From Macrostomum lignano (taxonomy: Eukaryota), in contig NIVC01000616.1 of assembly GCA_002269645.1 (NCBI GenBank), positions 62,001-126,000 on the forward strand: a stretch of DNA of 64,000 nt, written 5' to 3'. Below are positions 10,261 to 23,228 of this stretch, piece by piece. Below the pieces are notes generated by a model, which saw only the letters and a list, made by a program, of their open reading frames with translations, was not told the origin of the DNA and ran no database searches. Position 1 is the first letter of the stretch. The number at the start of each line of letters is the position of its first letter. Made by a program: the position numbers and the translations under genes.

Positions 10261-11379
10261 TCCCGAGACTCATTGTATGGAAGAGGGAGTTCGTGAGTTT
10301 AGGCACCGACTTATTTTCCTCTGCTCCTTTCATTCCCTAGCTAGTCACTAGGCTAGAGTGCCAAAGGCGAACTATTCAGATGCATTAGATGATCAAGAGA
10401 CGATCTTGTACAACAGACGTAGATATAAACATAATTCCTGCTTGAAAGCATATAATGGCAGTGTATAAATAGAATTGGTAATTAATAAACTCACCAAATT
10501 GAGCTGCTTGCCAAGACACTGATGAATTCAAACAGTAGCCTACGAACGTAGCAAGTGGTTCAGGCTGCAGTTCTAAACACATCTTTATAAGGGCTAGCAG
10601 GCACCCCAACCCCACCCTTCGATCGATCGATAAAATTTAGAATAGACTGCGCACGGGTTTGGCCAGGGTAAGGAAATTGCCATGTCAGTCACCCCCGACC
10701 TCCCCCAGGTGTGGTGGGCCCCTCGCAGCTGCCTATTATGTATTGACCGATCGATATATTGTGCGAGATGAAATGTAGATCTCAGCCTAATTAGCGCAGA
10801 AACGAACCCCACCCTGTCTAATGTGTTAATTAACCGTGCACACAATGAGCTGGCTCTTTGAATTTCATGATTTTCAGTGAGATCTAGTTTACTTCGCTTT
10901 GGTTGCTTTTGATTTGAATTTTGCACGTCAATTTTCACTTCATGTTGCATGAGTCGGTGACTCATTTGAGTTGATTGTACCCTGTGGGCCTGAACGAGAT
11001 TTTGAAAAACCTGCGTCATTTGCATTTTCATTTGTGATTGACTAAGCGTGCACAGAAATGACTTATTTGAGCCTGCTAATTAAGATAATTGAGATTGAGA
11101 AATGGGCAAGGGTTGCTGACAACAAACTTGGTTTATTTTGATAACTTTTCGAGAATTAGTCTGTGTAAGTGAGCTCATTTCAGTAGCTCTGTCAATGCTC
11201 TAGGGTGGCTGTTTTCAATTTTGTTGAGTATTGTGTGCAAAAAAACAATATATTATACTCGAATGTCGAGAACACACCTGGGTCGTATTGCACATCTTCG
11301 CCTGAGTTCCCCTTCAAATTCGGCTTGTGCACCAAAAACGTATGCATCTCCCTCTGTCCTCTATCTCCGCCCTCTCCCG

Positions 11380-11700
11380 CCCTCTTCTTCCGCTTCTGCC
11401 CACCGCTCTCACCTACCCTCTCTTTTCCCTGGCCTGCCCTTTTCCTCCGCCCTCTCCCGCCCTCTTCTCGACCTCTTCTTCCGCCCTCTACCGCCGTCTT
11501 CCTCCGCCCTCTCCCGCCCTCCTCTCGACCTCTTCTTCCGCCCTCTCCCGCCGTCTTCCTCCGCCCTCTTCTTCCGCCTTCGCCCACCGCCCTCTCCCTC
11601 CCCCTAGCCTGCCATCTTCCTCCACCCTCTCCCGCCCTCTTCTCCCGACCTCTCACGCCGTCTTCCTCCGCCCTCTTCCTCTGCCGTCTCCCTCCGCCAT
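11380..11700. repeat. C/T-rich low-complexity repeat
   Basis: CCGCCCTCTCTTCTT-type degenerate units. Confidence 0.85.
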
Positions 11701-12344
11701 CTGTTCTTGTGTTCTAAATTTTATTTTTAGTTTTGCAGCATTGTAAAATGATTTTCAGAAAGTTAAGTTTAAATTTTACAGCGGAAATTAGTTGTGATTT
11801 CTGATCGAACAGTGCAAGTCTCATAAAAATCGGTTAAGCCGTTTTTTATCTAATCGATTACATAGAGCCAAACTAAAAATTTTTCACCTGGGAACCAATG
11901 ACTGCCGTTAGTACATGTATTTGATTTTTTAAAGACGATGCACTGGAAGGCGAATTTGACAGGGCGAAGTTGCAAACTCTCATTTGATACGAGTATGTTT
12001 GCTGATGCGGTCGGAAAAGTAAAACAAAAAATATTATATTTTAAAATGAATGTCTTTCATAATATGCTGTGGAAGAAGACTGTTAAATAAAATGATATTT
12101 TTGAGTAAAATAATTTTTAAACAGATTTTGTTATAGTTTAAGCTGAACTTCAACTATAAATGGACAGTTGGTTAATAATGTATCTGTACAATGTAGCAAT
12201 GACCTGCTACCCCTCTGTCATGCAATAGGCTTGACAGAGGCTTGACTTGCGATCTGGGGGGATGCTTGCTATCTTGGGGATGCTTTTTTAGGTGGAATGC
12301 CTGCTATCTTTGCAAAGGCTTTATTTGTATAATTGCCACATCGC

Positions 12345-13200
12345 TGCCTACGGATGCTGGAGAATACCATCACAGCCTACGGATGCTGGAGAATACAATG
12401 ACTGCCTACGGATGCTGGAGAATGATCCATCACTGTCTACGGATGCTGGAGAATGATCCATCACTGTCTACGGATGCTGGAGAATGCTCCATGACTGCCT
12501 ACGGATGATGGAGAATGATCCATCACTGCCTACGGATGATGGAGAATGATCCATCACTGCCTACGGATGATGGAGAATGATCCATCACTGTCTACGGATG
12601 CTGGAGAATGCTCCATGACTGCCTACGGATGATGGAGAATGATCCATCACTGCCTACGGATGATGGAGAATGATCCATCACTGCCTACGGATGATGGAGA
12701 ATGATCCATCACTGCCTACGGATGATGGAGAATGATCCATGACTGCCTACGGATGATGGAGAATGATCCATCACTGTCTACGGATGCTGGAGAATGCTCC
12801 ATGACTGCCTACGGATGATGGAGAATGATCCATCACTGTCTACGGATGCTGGAGAATGCTCCATGACTGCCTACGGATGATGGAGAATGATCCATCACTG
12901 TCTACGGATGCTGGAGAATGCTCCATCACTGCCTACGGATGCTGGAGAATGATCCATCACTGCCTACGGATGCTGGAGAATGATCCATCACTGTCTACGG
13001 ATGCTGGAGAATGCTCCATCACTGCCTACGGATGCTGGAGAATGATCCATCACTGCCTACGGATGCTGGAGAATGATCCATCACTGCCTACGGATGCTGG
13101 AGAATGTCGATCACTGCCTACGGATGCTGGAGAATGCTGCAGCACTGCCACTGGATGATGGAGAATGCTCCATCACTGCCTACGGATGCTGGAGAATGTC
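12345..13200. repeat. 31-bp minisatellite, second array
   Basis: Same unit as 9140-10120, preceded by the same ~100-bp leader (12243-12345 vs 9041-9140). Confidence 0.92.
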
Positions 13201-13989
13201 TGAGTGCTGCTCATGAATAGTGTTTTATCCTTGCTCATTGCCATTAGGGCTAAGTACATAAGTTTATGCGAGTATTTTAAATATGAAAATAATTCTTCCA
13301 ACAAGCAATGCGTCAAAATGTTTTTGACATTATCAACTAAGAAAATTATTCTAAATATATTTTTGAAATCTTGGAATTCTTTTAAATTCGTTTTTGAGTC
13401 AACAGTTCCCTAAACTTGTCCTAAATTGACTGGAAGAACAAAATGACAAAATAGTACAAAATGCCTTTAGAAAAAAGCAAAACAACAAGCATCAAGTAAA
13501 ACGCGGATGTCAAAAACGATTATTGGAGAGCGCTTTCGCCGGTGATGTTTCTTGGAAAATATAAAGGAGCTGAGGAAGAACCGGCACCGAACAGCGAGCT
13601 GTAAAATAAACAGTTTTAATTGGGAAGACAGCAAGAACAAAATACTCTACCTAGAAGCAACGAAAAAGTAAATTAAAGCATTCGAAGGCACAAAACTGAC
13701 ATTTACAACAAACAAAGCGATTTGGCTGTAGCAAGCATAATAAAAGTGCATTGCACCTCATCTGCTTTGGAAGATTAAATAAATTATTAACAACTTCATA
13801 ACAGGCATTTAATCTGCCACCATTTTTACGATACTGTACTATGAATATTTATTAGAACAGATATCCAATTCAGGTAACAACATGAAAATTTTGGTTGGTA
13901 GGTTGACGAATATTCATAGCTGATATGCCTCGGAGGTCAACAAAGCTACCGTAAGCATTGAGTCTTAGAAAACTAGGATCAAAAGGGAA

Positions 13990-15590
13990 GAGACAGCAGG
14001 ATCAGGGGGCACAGCAGGGTCAGGGGACACAGCAGGATCAGGGGGACACAGCAGGATCAGGGGGACACAGCAGAGTCAGGGGGACACAGCAGGGTCAGGG
14101 GGGACACAGCAGGATCAGGGGGACACAGCAGAGTCAGGGGGACACAGCAGAGTCAGGGGGACACAGCAGGATCAGGGGGACACAGCAGGGTCAGGGACAA
14201 AGCAGGATCAGGGGGACACAGCAGAGTCAGGGGGACACAGCAGAGTCAGGGGGACACAGCAGGGTCAGGGGGACACAGCAGGGTCAGGGGGACACAGCAG
14301 GATCAGGGGACACAGCAGGATCAGGGGGACACAGCAGGGTCAGGGGGACACAGCAGGGTCAGGGGGACACAGCAGGGTCAGGGGGACACAGCAGGATCAG
14401 GGGGATACAGCAGAGTCAGGGGGACACAGCAGAGTCAGGGGGACACAGCAGGATCAGGGGGACACAGCAGGGTCAGGGACAAAGCAGGATCAGGGGGACA
14501 CAGCAGAGTCAGGGGGACACAGCAGAGTCAGGGGGACACAGCAGAGTCAGGGGGACACAGCAGGGTCAGGGACAAAGCAGGATCAGGGGGACACAGCAGG
14601 ATCAGGGGACACAGCAGGGGCAGGGGGACACAGCAGGGTCAGGGGGACACAGCAGGGTCAGGGGGACACAGCAGGGTCAGGGGGACACAGCAGAGTCAGG
14701 GGGACACAGCAGGATCAGGGGGACACAGCAGGGTCAGGGGGACACAGCAGGATCAGGGGGACACAGCAGAGTCAGGGGGACACAGCAGGATCAGGGGGAC
14801 ACAGCAGGATCAGGGGGACACAGCAGGGTCAGGGGACAAAGCAGGATAAGGGGGACACAGCAGGATCAGGGGGACACAGCAGGATCAGGGGGACACAGCA
14901 GAGTCAGGGGGACACAGCAGAGTCAGGGGGACACAGCAGGATCAGGGGGACACAGCAGGATCAGGGGGACACAGCAGGATCAGGGGGACACAGCAGGGTC
15001 AGGGGGACACAGCAGGGTCAGGGGGACACAGCAGGGTCAGGGAAACACAGCAGGGTCAGGAGGACAGAGAAAGGTCAGTGAACACAGCAGGGTCAGGGGG
15101 ACAGAGAAAGGTCAGGAAACACAGCAGGGTCAGGAGGACAGAGAAAGGTCAGGGGGACACAGCAGGGTCAGGGGGACAGAGAAAGGTCAGGGGGACACAG
15201 CAGGGTCAGGGGGACAGAGAAAGGTCAGTGAACACAGCAGGGTCGGGGGGACAGAGAAAGGTCAGGGAACACAGCAGGGTCAGGAGGACAGAGAAAGGTC
15301 AGGGGGACACAGCAGGGTCAGGGGGACAGAGAAAGGTCAGGGGGACACAGCAGGGTCAGGGGGACAGAGAAAGGTCAGTGAACACAGCAGGGTCAGGGGG
15401 ACAGAGCAGGGTCAGGGGGACACAGCAGGGTCGGGGGGACAGAGAAAGGTCAGGGAACACAGCAGGGTCAGGAGGACAGAGAAAGGTCAGGGGGACACAG
15501 CAGGGTCAGGGGGACAGAGAAAGGTCAGGGGGACACAGCAGAGTCAGGGGGACAGAGAAAGGTCAGGGAACACAGCAGGGTCAGATCCGA
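13990..15590. repeat. 20-bp minisatellite (GGGGGACACAGCAGGGTCAG) just downstream of the PICK1 stop
   Basis: Direct reading; right part switches to a GACAGAGAAAGGTCAG variant. Confidence 0.95.
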
Positions 15591-15635
15591 CACAAGCCGA
15601 TCGCAGAAGCGGCACTGAGAGTCAGGATACGCAGC

Positions 15636-18600
15636 TCAGTCCAGCTGCAGCAGCGGCTCATCAAAGGTCGCCCCGCTGGCAGGCCGGTGCAGCCCCGTTC
15701 GACTCTGTGAGCGACCTCCGTCGACTTCTTCCCCGGCGCCGCCGCCGTCGGTGCAGTCCAGCATTTCGTCGTCGCGCTGAGAGGCGCCGAACTCGTCCCC
15801 GTCATCATCATCGCCGAACTCCTCGTGTAGCGGCGTGGTGCTCTGGTACTGGAACGTGTTCTTAGTCAGGTCCATCTCGATTGGGAAAATTCTGCACGCC
15901 TTCATCATCTCGTGACAGTCGGTGTGGTAGGTGCTCATGGCCTGCACGAGGCGCTGCAGCTGCGAGACCGTGTCCTGAACTGCGGGGGCGAGTGGGATCA
16001 CGGAGACTCGTGCTCAAACTGAGGATCTGGGAGATGCTTTGCTCAAACTGAGGATCTGGGAGATGCTCTGCTCAAACTGAGGATCTGGGAGATGCTCTGC
16101 TCAAACTGAGGATCTGGGAGATGCTTTGCTCAAACTGAGGATCTGGGAGATGCTTTGCTCAAACTGAGGATCTGGGAGATGCTTTGCTCAAACTGAGGAT
16201 CTGGGAGATGCTTTGCTCAAACTGAGGATCTGGGAGATGCTTTGCTCAAACTGAGGATCTGGGAGATGCTTTGCTCAAACTGAGGATCTGGGAGATGCTC
16301 TGCTCAAACTGAGGATCTGGGAGATGCTCTGCTCAAACTGAGGATCTGGGAGATGCTCTGCTCAAACTGAGGATCTGGGAGATGCTTTGCTCAAACTGAG
16401 GATCTGGGAGATGCTCTGCTCAAACTGAGGATCTGGGAGATGCTCTGCTCAAACTGAGGATCTGGGAGATGCTCTGCTCAAACTGAGGATCTGGGAGATG
16501 CTCTGCTCAAACTGAGGATCTGGGACAGCGGCTTACCATGCTTATTATCCAGCAGCTCGATCTTCACCAGCACATCGTTCCGCATTTTGGCGAACCGGGC
16601 TCGGGCCTCTTGGCGGCAGCGCAGAATCAACCTGTGGTTTGAGGGGCAGATAAAAAGTGGTTCTTGGGGGCGGATAATGGATGATTCTAGGGCGGATAAT
16701 GGGTGATTCTAGGGCGGATAATGGGTGATTCTAGGGCGGATAATGGGTGATTCTAGGGCGGATAATGGGTGATTCTAGGGCGGATAATGGGTGATTCTAG
16801 GGCGGATAATGGGTAATTCTAGGGCGGATAATGGGTGATTCTAGGGCGGATAATGGGTGATTCTAGGGCGGATAATGGGTGATTCTAGGGCGGATAATGG
16901 GTGATTCTAGGGCGGATAATGGGTGATTCTAGGGCGGATAATGGGTGATTCTAGGGCGGATAATGGATGATTCTAGGGCGGATAATGGGTGATTCTAGGG
17001 CGGATAATGGGTGATTCTAGGGCGGATAATGGGTGATTCTAGGGCGGATAATGGGTAATTCTAGGGCGGATAATGGGTGATTCTAGGGCGGATAATGGGT
17101 GATTCTGGGGCGGATAATTGGTGATTCTAGGGCGGATATGGGTGATTCTGGGGCGGATAATGGGTGATTCTAGGGCGGATAATGGGTGATTCTGGGGCGG
17201 ATAATGGGTGATTCTAGGGCGGATAATGGGTGATTCTAGGGCGGATAATGGGTGATTCTAGGGCGGATAATGGGTAATTCTAGGGCGGATAATGGGTGAT
17301 TCTAGGGCGGATAATGGGTGATTCTGGGGCGGATAATTGGTGATTCTAGGGCGGATATGGGTGATTCTGGGGCGGATAATGGGTAATTCTAGGGCGGATA
17401 ATGGGTGATTAGGCGGAAACAGGGAAAAGGACATAAATTTAGTGATTACTGTAACCTCACCTGTACTCATAGTTCCCCGTCTCCACTCTGTACAGGGGCT
17501 CCTGCAGTGCAATGTAGCTGTACTCTTCATCGTCCATCTCCTTCACCTTGAGGCAGTAGGACTGAAACATCAAATTATTTGATGTAATTACGATCTGTCA
17601 TAACAAAAACAAGATTAACAATAACTATAAATAACAGTGAGTGTAAGCTTACCAAGTATTCAAACTTGCTATCCAGGTACTTCTTAATTGTCAGTTTGGT
17701 ATCTGGCACAGCCTTAGTAACAAAGGTGTTCATATCGCTGATCATCTGAAAAATTTATATTAAATAAAAGTATTAAAATGGCCGATATGTACCGCATACG
17801 ACGTAACTATGCAGGAAACGCATAGCAACAAAAGATGACCAAAGTCAAGTCAGCTGACCCCCATGACGTGTCTTGATCCCACGACAGGGCTTGACCCTAT
17901 GACAGACATTGACCCTATGACAAACCTTGACCCTCAGGACAGGGCTTGACCCCCCCCCCTTGACAGGGCTTGACCTCCCTTGACAGGGCTTGACCCCCCT
18001 TGACAGGGCTTGACCCCCCCTGACAGGGCTTGACCTCCATGACAGGGCTTGACCCCCATGACAGGGCTTGACCGACCCCCATGACAGAGCTTGACCCCCA
18101 TGACAGGGCTTGACCGACCCCCATGACAGAGCTTGACCCCCATGACAGGGCTTGACCCCCAATGACAGAGCTTGACCCCCATGACAGGACTTGACCTCCC
18201 ATGACAGAGCTTGACCGACCCCCATGACAGGACTTGACCCCCAATGACAGAGCTTGACTGACCCACATGACAGGGCTTGACCGACCCCCCATGACAGGGC
18301 TTGACAGACCCCCATGACAGAGCTTGACCGACCCCCCATGACAGGGCTTGACCGACCCCCATGACAGGACTTGACCCCCAATGACAGAGCTTGACCGACC
18401 CCCCTTGACAGGGCTTGACCCCCCCTGACAGGGCTTGACCTCCATGACAGGGCTTGACCCCCATGACAGAGCTTGACCGACCCCCATGACAGAGCTTGAC
18501 CCCCATGACAGGACTTGACCCCCCATGACAGAGCTTGACCAACCCCCATGACAGGACTTGATCCCCAATGACAGAGATTGACTGACCCACATGACAGGGC

Positions 18601-21600
18601 TTGACAGATCCCCATGACAGAGCTTGACCGACCCCCATGACAGGGCTTGACCGACCCCCATGACAGGACTTGACCCCCAATGACAGAGCTTGACCGACCC
18701 CCATGACAGGGCTTGACCGACCCCCATGACAGGGCTTGACCGACCCCCATTTCAGAGCTTGACCGACCCCCATGACAGAGCTTGACCCCCATGACAGAGC
18801 TTGACCCCCATGACAGAGCTTGACCCCTATGACAGAGGTGGTCCGCACCGGTTTGATAGTTCTCAAGCAGTCGATGGCCGCCTGCTCCATCCGCCTGTGG
18901 ATGCTGCCAAAGTGCGAGAAGGCCTCTGAGGCTCGCGGCTGCGGCTCCTTCACCCCGATCTCGGAGAACACCTCGCCGAAGGCCCGTTGCACCTGGCTGA
19001 GCCGGTAGAAGGACTTGATGAGCGCCTTGGCATGGTTCATCAGGCCGAAGAACATCCCGGCTGTGCTGTTCATCTCCTCCAGCTTCTTGATGAGGCCGTC
19101 TGCGGAGGATTGAGGATGCTTGCTACGTATTCATGTTCATAACTAAAGCTGTTATTTGGATGGGTTTCCTACATACATGTAAAGGATCGGAACTCCCAGA
19201 TTCAGGGGGTGGACTCTCAGTTTTGGATGTGGACTCTCAGATTCGGAATGTGGACTCCCAGATTCAGGAGGTGGACTCTCAGATTCGGAATGTGGACTCC
19301 CAGATTCAGGAGGTGGACTCTCAGATTCGGAATGTGGACTCCCAGATTCAGGAGGTGGACTCTCAGATTCGGAATGTGGACTCCCAGATTCAGGAGGTGG
19401 ACTCTCAGATTCGGAATGTGGACTCTCAGATTCGGAATGTGGACTCCCAGATTCAGGAGGTGGACTCTCAGATTCGGAATGTGGACTCCCAGATTCAGGA
19501 GGTGGACTCTCAGATTCGGAATGTGGACTCCCAGATTCAGGAGGTGGACTCTCAGATTCGGAATGTGGACTCCCAGATTCAGGAGGTGGACTCTCAGATT
19601 CGGAATGTGGACTCTCAGATTCGGAATGTGGACTCCCAGATTCAGGAGGTGGACTCTCAGATTCGGAATGTGGACTCCCAGATTCAGGAGGTGGACTCTC
19701 AGATTCGGAATGTGGACTCTCAGATTCAGGAGGTGGACTCTCAGATTCGGAATGTGGACTCTCAGATTCGGAATGTGGACTCTCAGATTCGGAATGTGGA
19801 CTCCCAGATTCAGGAGGTGGACTCTCAGATTCGGAATGTGGACTCCCAGATTCAGGAGGTGGACTCTCAGATTCAGAATGCGGACTCAGAATTTGAGGCA
19901 GAACAGCCAGCACACCCACCGTTGACCAGGATAGCGCGGGACAGCCCCAGTGCATCAGCCGTAGTGCTGGACATGGACTCAACCACTCGGTGCTTTGCCT
20001 TCTTCAGCACTGAAAAAATAAGTAAATAAATAGCACTGAATTAATTTTAATAAAAGCAAATTGTTTTTTATTAAAAAATCGTTTCATACTACTTACCTAT
20101 ATCCAAAGACTTGCCCTGCTTGGGGTCGGCGTGAAGACAGTTGTAGCCAATGGTTACTTGGCTCTGCGAGTGTTGGCAATATTATAGGTGTTTAGTAGGG
20201 GGCTAAAAAGCACCCTGGCTCTGGAAAAGCACTCTGGAACTATAATCTCTTTAAGACTGAGAAAGCACTCTGGAACTAAATTTCTCTGGCTCTGAGAAAA
20301 CTCTGTAACTAAATCTCTCTGGCTCTGGGAAAGCACTCTCGAACTAAATCTCTCTGGCTCTGGGAAAGCACTCTGGAACTAAATCTCTCTGGCTCTGTGA
20401 AAGCACTCTGGAACTAAATCTCTCTGGCTCTGGGAGAGCACTCTGGAACTAAATCTCTCTGGCTCTGGGAGAGCACTCTGGAACTAAATCTCTCTGGCTC
20501 TGGGAGAGCACTCTGGAACTAAATCTCTCTGGCTCTGGGAAAGCACTCTGGAACTAAATCTCTCTGGCTCTGGGAAAGCACTCTGGAACTAAATTTCTCT
20601 GGCTCTGGGAAAGCACTCTGGAACTAAATCTCTCTGGCTCTGGGAAAGCACTCTGGAACTAAATCTCTCTGGCTCTGGGAGAGCACTCTGGAACTAAATC
20701 TCTCTGGCTCTGGGAAAGCACTCTGGAACTAAATCTCTCTGGCTCTGGGAAAGCACTCTGGAACTAAATTTCTCTGGCTCTGGGAAAGCACTCTGGAACT
20801 AAATCTCTCTGGCTCTGGGAAAGCACTCTGGAACTAAATTTCTCTGGCTCTGGGAAAGCACTCTGGAACTAAATTTCTCTGGCTCTGGGAAAGCACTCTG
20901 GAACTAAATCTCTCTGGCTCTGGGAAAGCACTCTGGAACTAAATCTCTCTGGCTCTGGGAAAGCACTCTGGAACTAAATCTCTCTGGCTCTGGGAAAGCA
21001 CTCTGGAACTAAATCTCTCTGGCTCTGGGAAGGCACTCTGGTACTAAACAGTTGCTACAATTCTCTGCATTTTAGAAAGCTTTGATATTACTCAAAAATC
21101 TCAAAGTCAATCCTTTACTCAGCTCACCTTGAAGCTCTGAATGAACCTGGCCACCTCCACTTTACTTTTGGACTTGACGCTCTGCCCGTTGACGCTGACG
21201 ATTTCGTCGCCACTTTTCAGCGTGCCATCCCTAGCGGCGGGGGTGTTGTCGAAAATCTGCACAACGTACAGGCAGGGACAGTAGGGCGCCCCGCCACCGA
21301 TGCTGATCCCGATCAGATTCTGCCCGTCCTTCTCCAGGGTCACCACGCCGGAGGTGACCCGCATGCCCCTTGAGCGCGAGTGTGAAAAGTTTCAATCAGT
21401 TGGATCGCTAGCAAATTTACACTTAAAAGCTTTTATTAAAAGTACTTGCACCGCTTAAGTGCATGCAAGAGATAGTTTATTTAAATGATGAAATTTCACG
21501 ATTTTGGATATCTCAGTTTTATATTCCGGATGTGAACTCCGGGAATCAGAATATGAGCTCTTAGATGCAAGAGAGGTTATTAGATTCAGATTCAGTATGT

Positions 21601-22192
21601 GCATTGAGGTTCAGTGAGGGCTTTTTAGATTCTGGGTATGGGTCCCTCAGTTCAGGGTGTGGGTTCTTAGATTCAGAATGTGGGTTCTTAGATTCAGAAT
21701 GTGGGTTCTTAGATTCAGAATGTGGGTTCTTAGATTTAAGGTGTGGGTTCTTGAATCTAGGGTGTGGGTTTTTAGATTTAAGACATGGTTTTAATGGGCT
21801 CAGAGTTCTATGTTCTAGATAGCTTTTATAAAACTACATTTTTACATTAAAAAAGACTGATTTTACAACCACATGATGAAAGCATTTTTATGAAAAAAAA
21901 CGACAGCACAAAATATCAAATAAGGACAAACCAAAATTGAACTAGACATAACTGGCCAATGGTTTGGTAAAAGCAGAGACCCTAGCTAATTCAAAAGAAA
22001 AATAAAGTTTCTCTATTCAGAAGCACACTACAAAGTAAAAGAAGTAATCAAGGATTAAAAATGTTTAGCTAAAAAGTCAAAGTTTATTTGTTACCTGCGA
22101 TCTTGAGCAACTTTGCTAAGATCATCCCTATCAGTGGGATCATCACAGTAAGTGCTCAAGGGCAGATAGCCAGGTGGTATGTTAGGCTCCAT
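15636..22192 (-). CDS. PICK1: PICK1 (PDZ + BAR domain), 9 coding exons, 459 aa
   Basis: Exons 22192-22095, 21368-21128, 20163-20097, 20009-19920, 19099-18849, 17745-17653, 17561-17461, 16631-16537, 15979-15636; all GT-AG with consistent phases; LIGISIGGG PDZ loop, ADALGLSRAIL, KAVPDTKLTIKKYLD, YCLKVKEMDDEEY, LILRCRQEAR match PICK1. Confidence 0.97.
16009..16524. repeat. 29-bp intronic minisatellite (PICK1 intron 8)
   Basis: TGCTCAAACTGAGGATCTGGGAGATGCT(T/C). Confidence 0.95.
16667..17412. repeat. 22-bp intronic minisatellite (PICK1 intron 7)
   Basis: GGGCGGATAATGGGTGATTCTA. Confidence 0.95.
17858..18832. repeat. ~19-24-bp intronic minisatellite (PICK1 intron 5)
   Basis: CATGACAGGGCTTGAC(CGA)CCCC variants. 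Confidence 0.95.
19190..19890. repeat. 21-bp intronic minisatellite with 42-bp higher-order dimer (PICK1 intron 4)
   Basis: GTGGACTCTCAGATTCGGAAT alternating with GTGGACTCCCAGATTCAGGAG. Confidence 0.95.
20215..21045. repeat. 35-bp intronic minisatellite (PICK1 intron 2)
   Basis: GCACTCTGGAACTAAATCTCTCTGGCTCTGGGAAA. Confidence 0.95.
21640..21785. repeat. Short 21-bp intronic repeat (PICK1 intron 1)
   Basis: GTGGGTTCTTAGATTCAGAAT, ~5-6 degenerate copies. Confidence 0.85.
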
Positions 22193-22315
22193 TATTTATT
22201 CTGCTTGTAGCTAACTAAAATCTGGTAGGTGGAATTGGTGAAGTGCATATCATATTAGAAAATGTGAAAATGAAATGCATTAGTTTTGTAACATAAGCTC
22301 TGCATATCTCTTCTT

Positions 22316-23228
22316 AGTAGAAGGCATGAGGGAGCTTCTGGGACAAAATTTTTCACATCCTCCATAATCCCATTAAATCCATCCATATTATCTCTGACAG
22401 AATCAGAAAAAAAGGGGGGTCGCACTCGCTCACAAAACGTCCTCCATAATCCCATCAAATCCATCCATATTATCCCCGACAGAATCATGAAAAAGTGGAG
22501 GGGTCGCACTTGCTCTGAAAACTTCGAACATAATCCCATTAAATCCATCCATATTATCCCCGACAGAATCAGACAGTGGACACCTGTTATGTTCACTGAC
22601 ACTGACATAATCCACTGACATCCACCCATAGCATCTTCGAAACAATCAGAAAAAAAATCTGCATTCTTCTCCCCACATTCAATCCGAAGCGGCGAAACCA
22701 GATCCCTAAGACTTTAAATTATCAGCGCAGGGTCCTTACCCTTTGAAAAAAAAATAAATTCTCAATAAAAATGTTTCCAGTCGTCTCTCCAGGTTCTTAT
22801 TATACTCAGCCTCATCCATTGTACAAATCCAAGTACCGATGCAAACTAGAATGCAGCGAGTACATGAGAAAATATTGGCCCAACGTTGATATCAATGATA
22901 TGATATCTAGCTCTCCAAAGACACTGGTTTCATAAGTATGGAGTAACCTACGTAAAAGATTACGACAGCTACTATAACTTTGCAGAAATCATTAAGCAAT
23001 TGCGTTAAAAACTGAAAGGCCAAAAGGCCAAAAGGCCAAAAGGCCAAAAGGCCAAAAAGGCCAAAAGGCCAAAAGGCCAAAAAGGCCAAAAGGCCAAAAG
23101 GCCAAAACCCTTTTCATTTTGGCCTTGCGCGAGGCCGAAATCCTTTGCATTCTGGCCTTCACTCGAGACGGAATTCTTCCCCGGCTGGGCTCAGTTAAAG
23201 TGAAAATCTCTCTCCCCCCACGCGCGCT
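22316..23228 (+). repeat. Left terminal inverted repeat of the Polinton
   Basis: Imperfect reverse complement of 36252-37238; ~80-bp subterminal repeats and a GGCCAAAA run. Confidence 0.9.

Noticed and set aside
10385-11031. Faint resemblance to a Harbinger/ISL2EU-type transposase (ALIRLR, LPWP, GIMFIS)
   Set aside because: Motifs too degenerate and no catalytic DRG-type motif visible; would need an HMM search.
13958-15865. 635-aa Gly/Gln/Ser-rich ORF and other long ORFs over satellites (17845-19073, 19133-20029, 57051-59140, 12856-13158)
   Set aside because: They are translations of 20-31-bp tandem repeats; most lie in introns whose flanking exons splice cleanly, and several frames are open at once.
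16009-21045. Regular 29-35-bp repeats resembling CRISPR arrays
   Set aside because: Head-to-tail with no unique spacers, inside eukaryotic introns, no cas genes.
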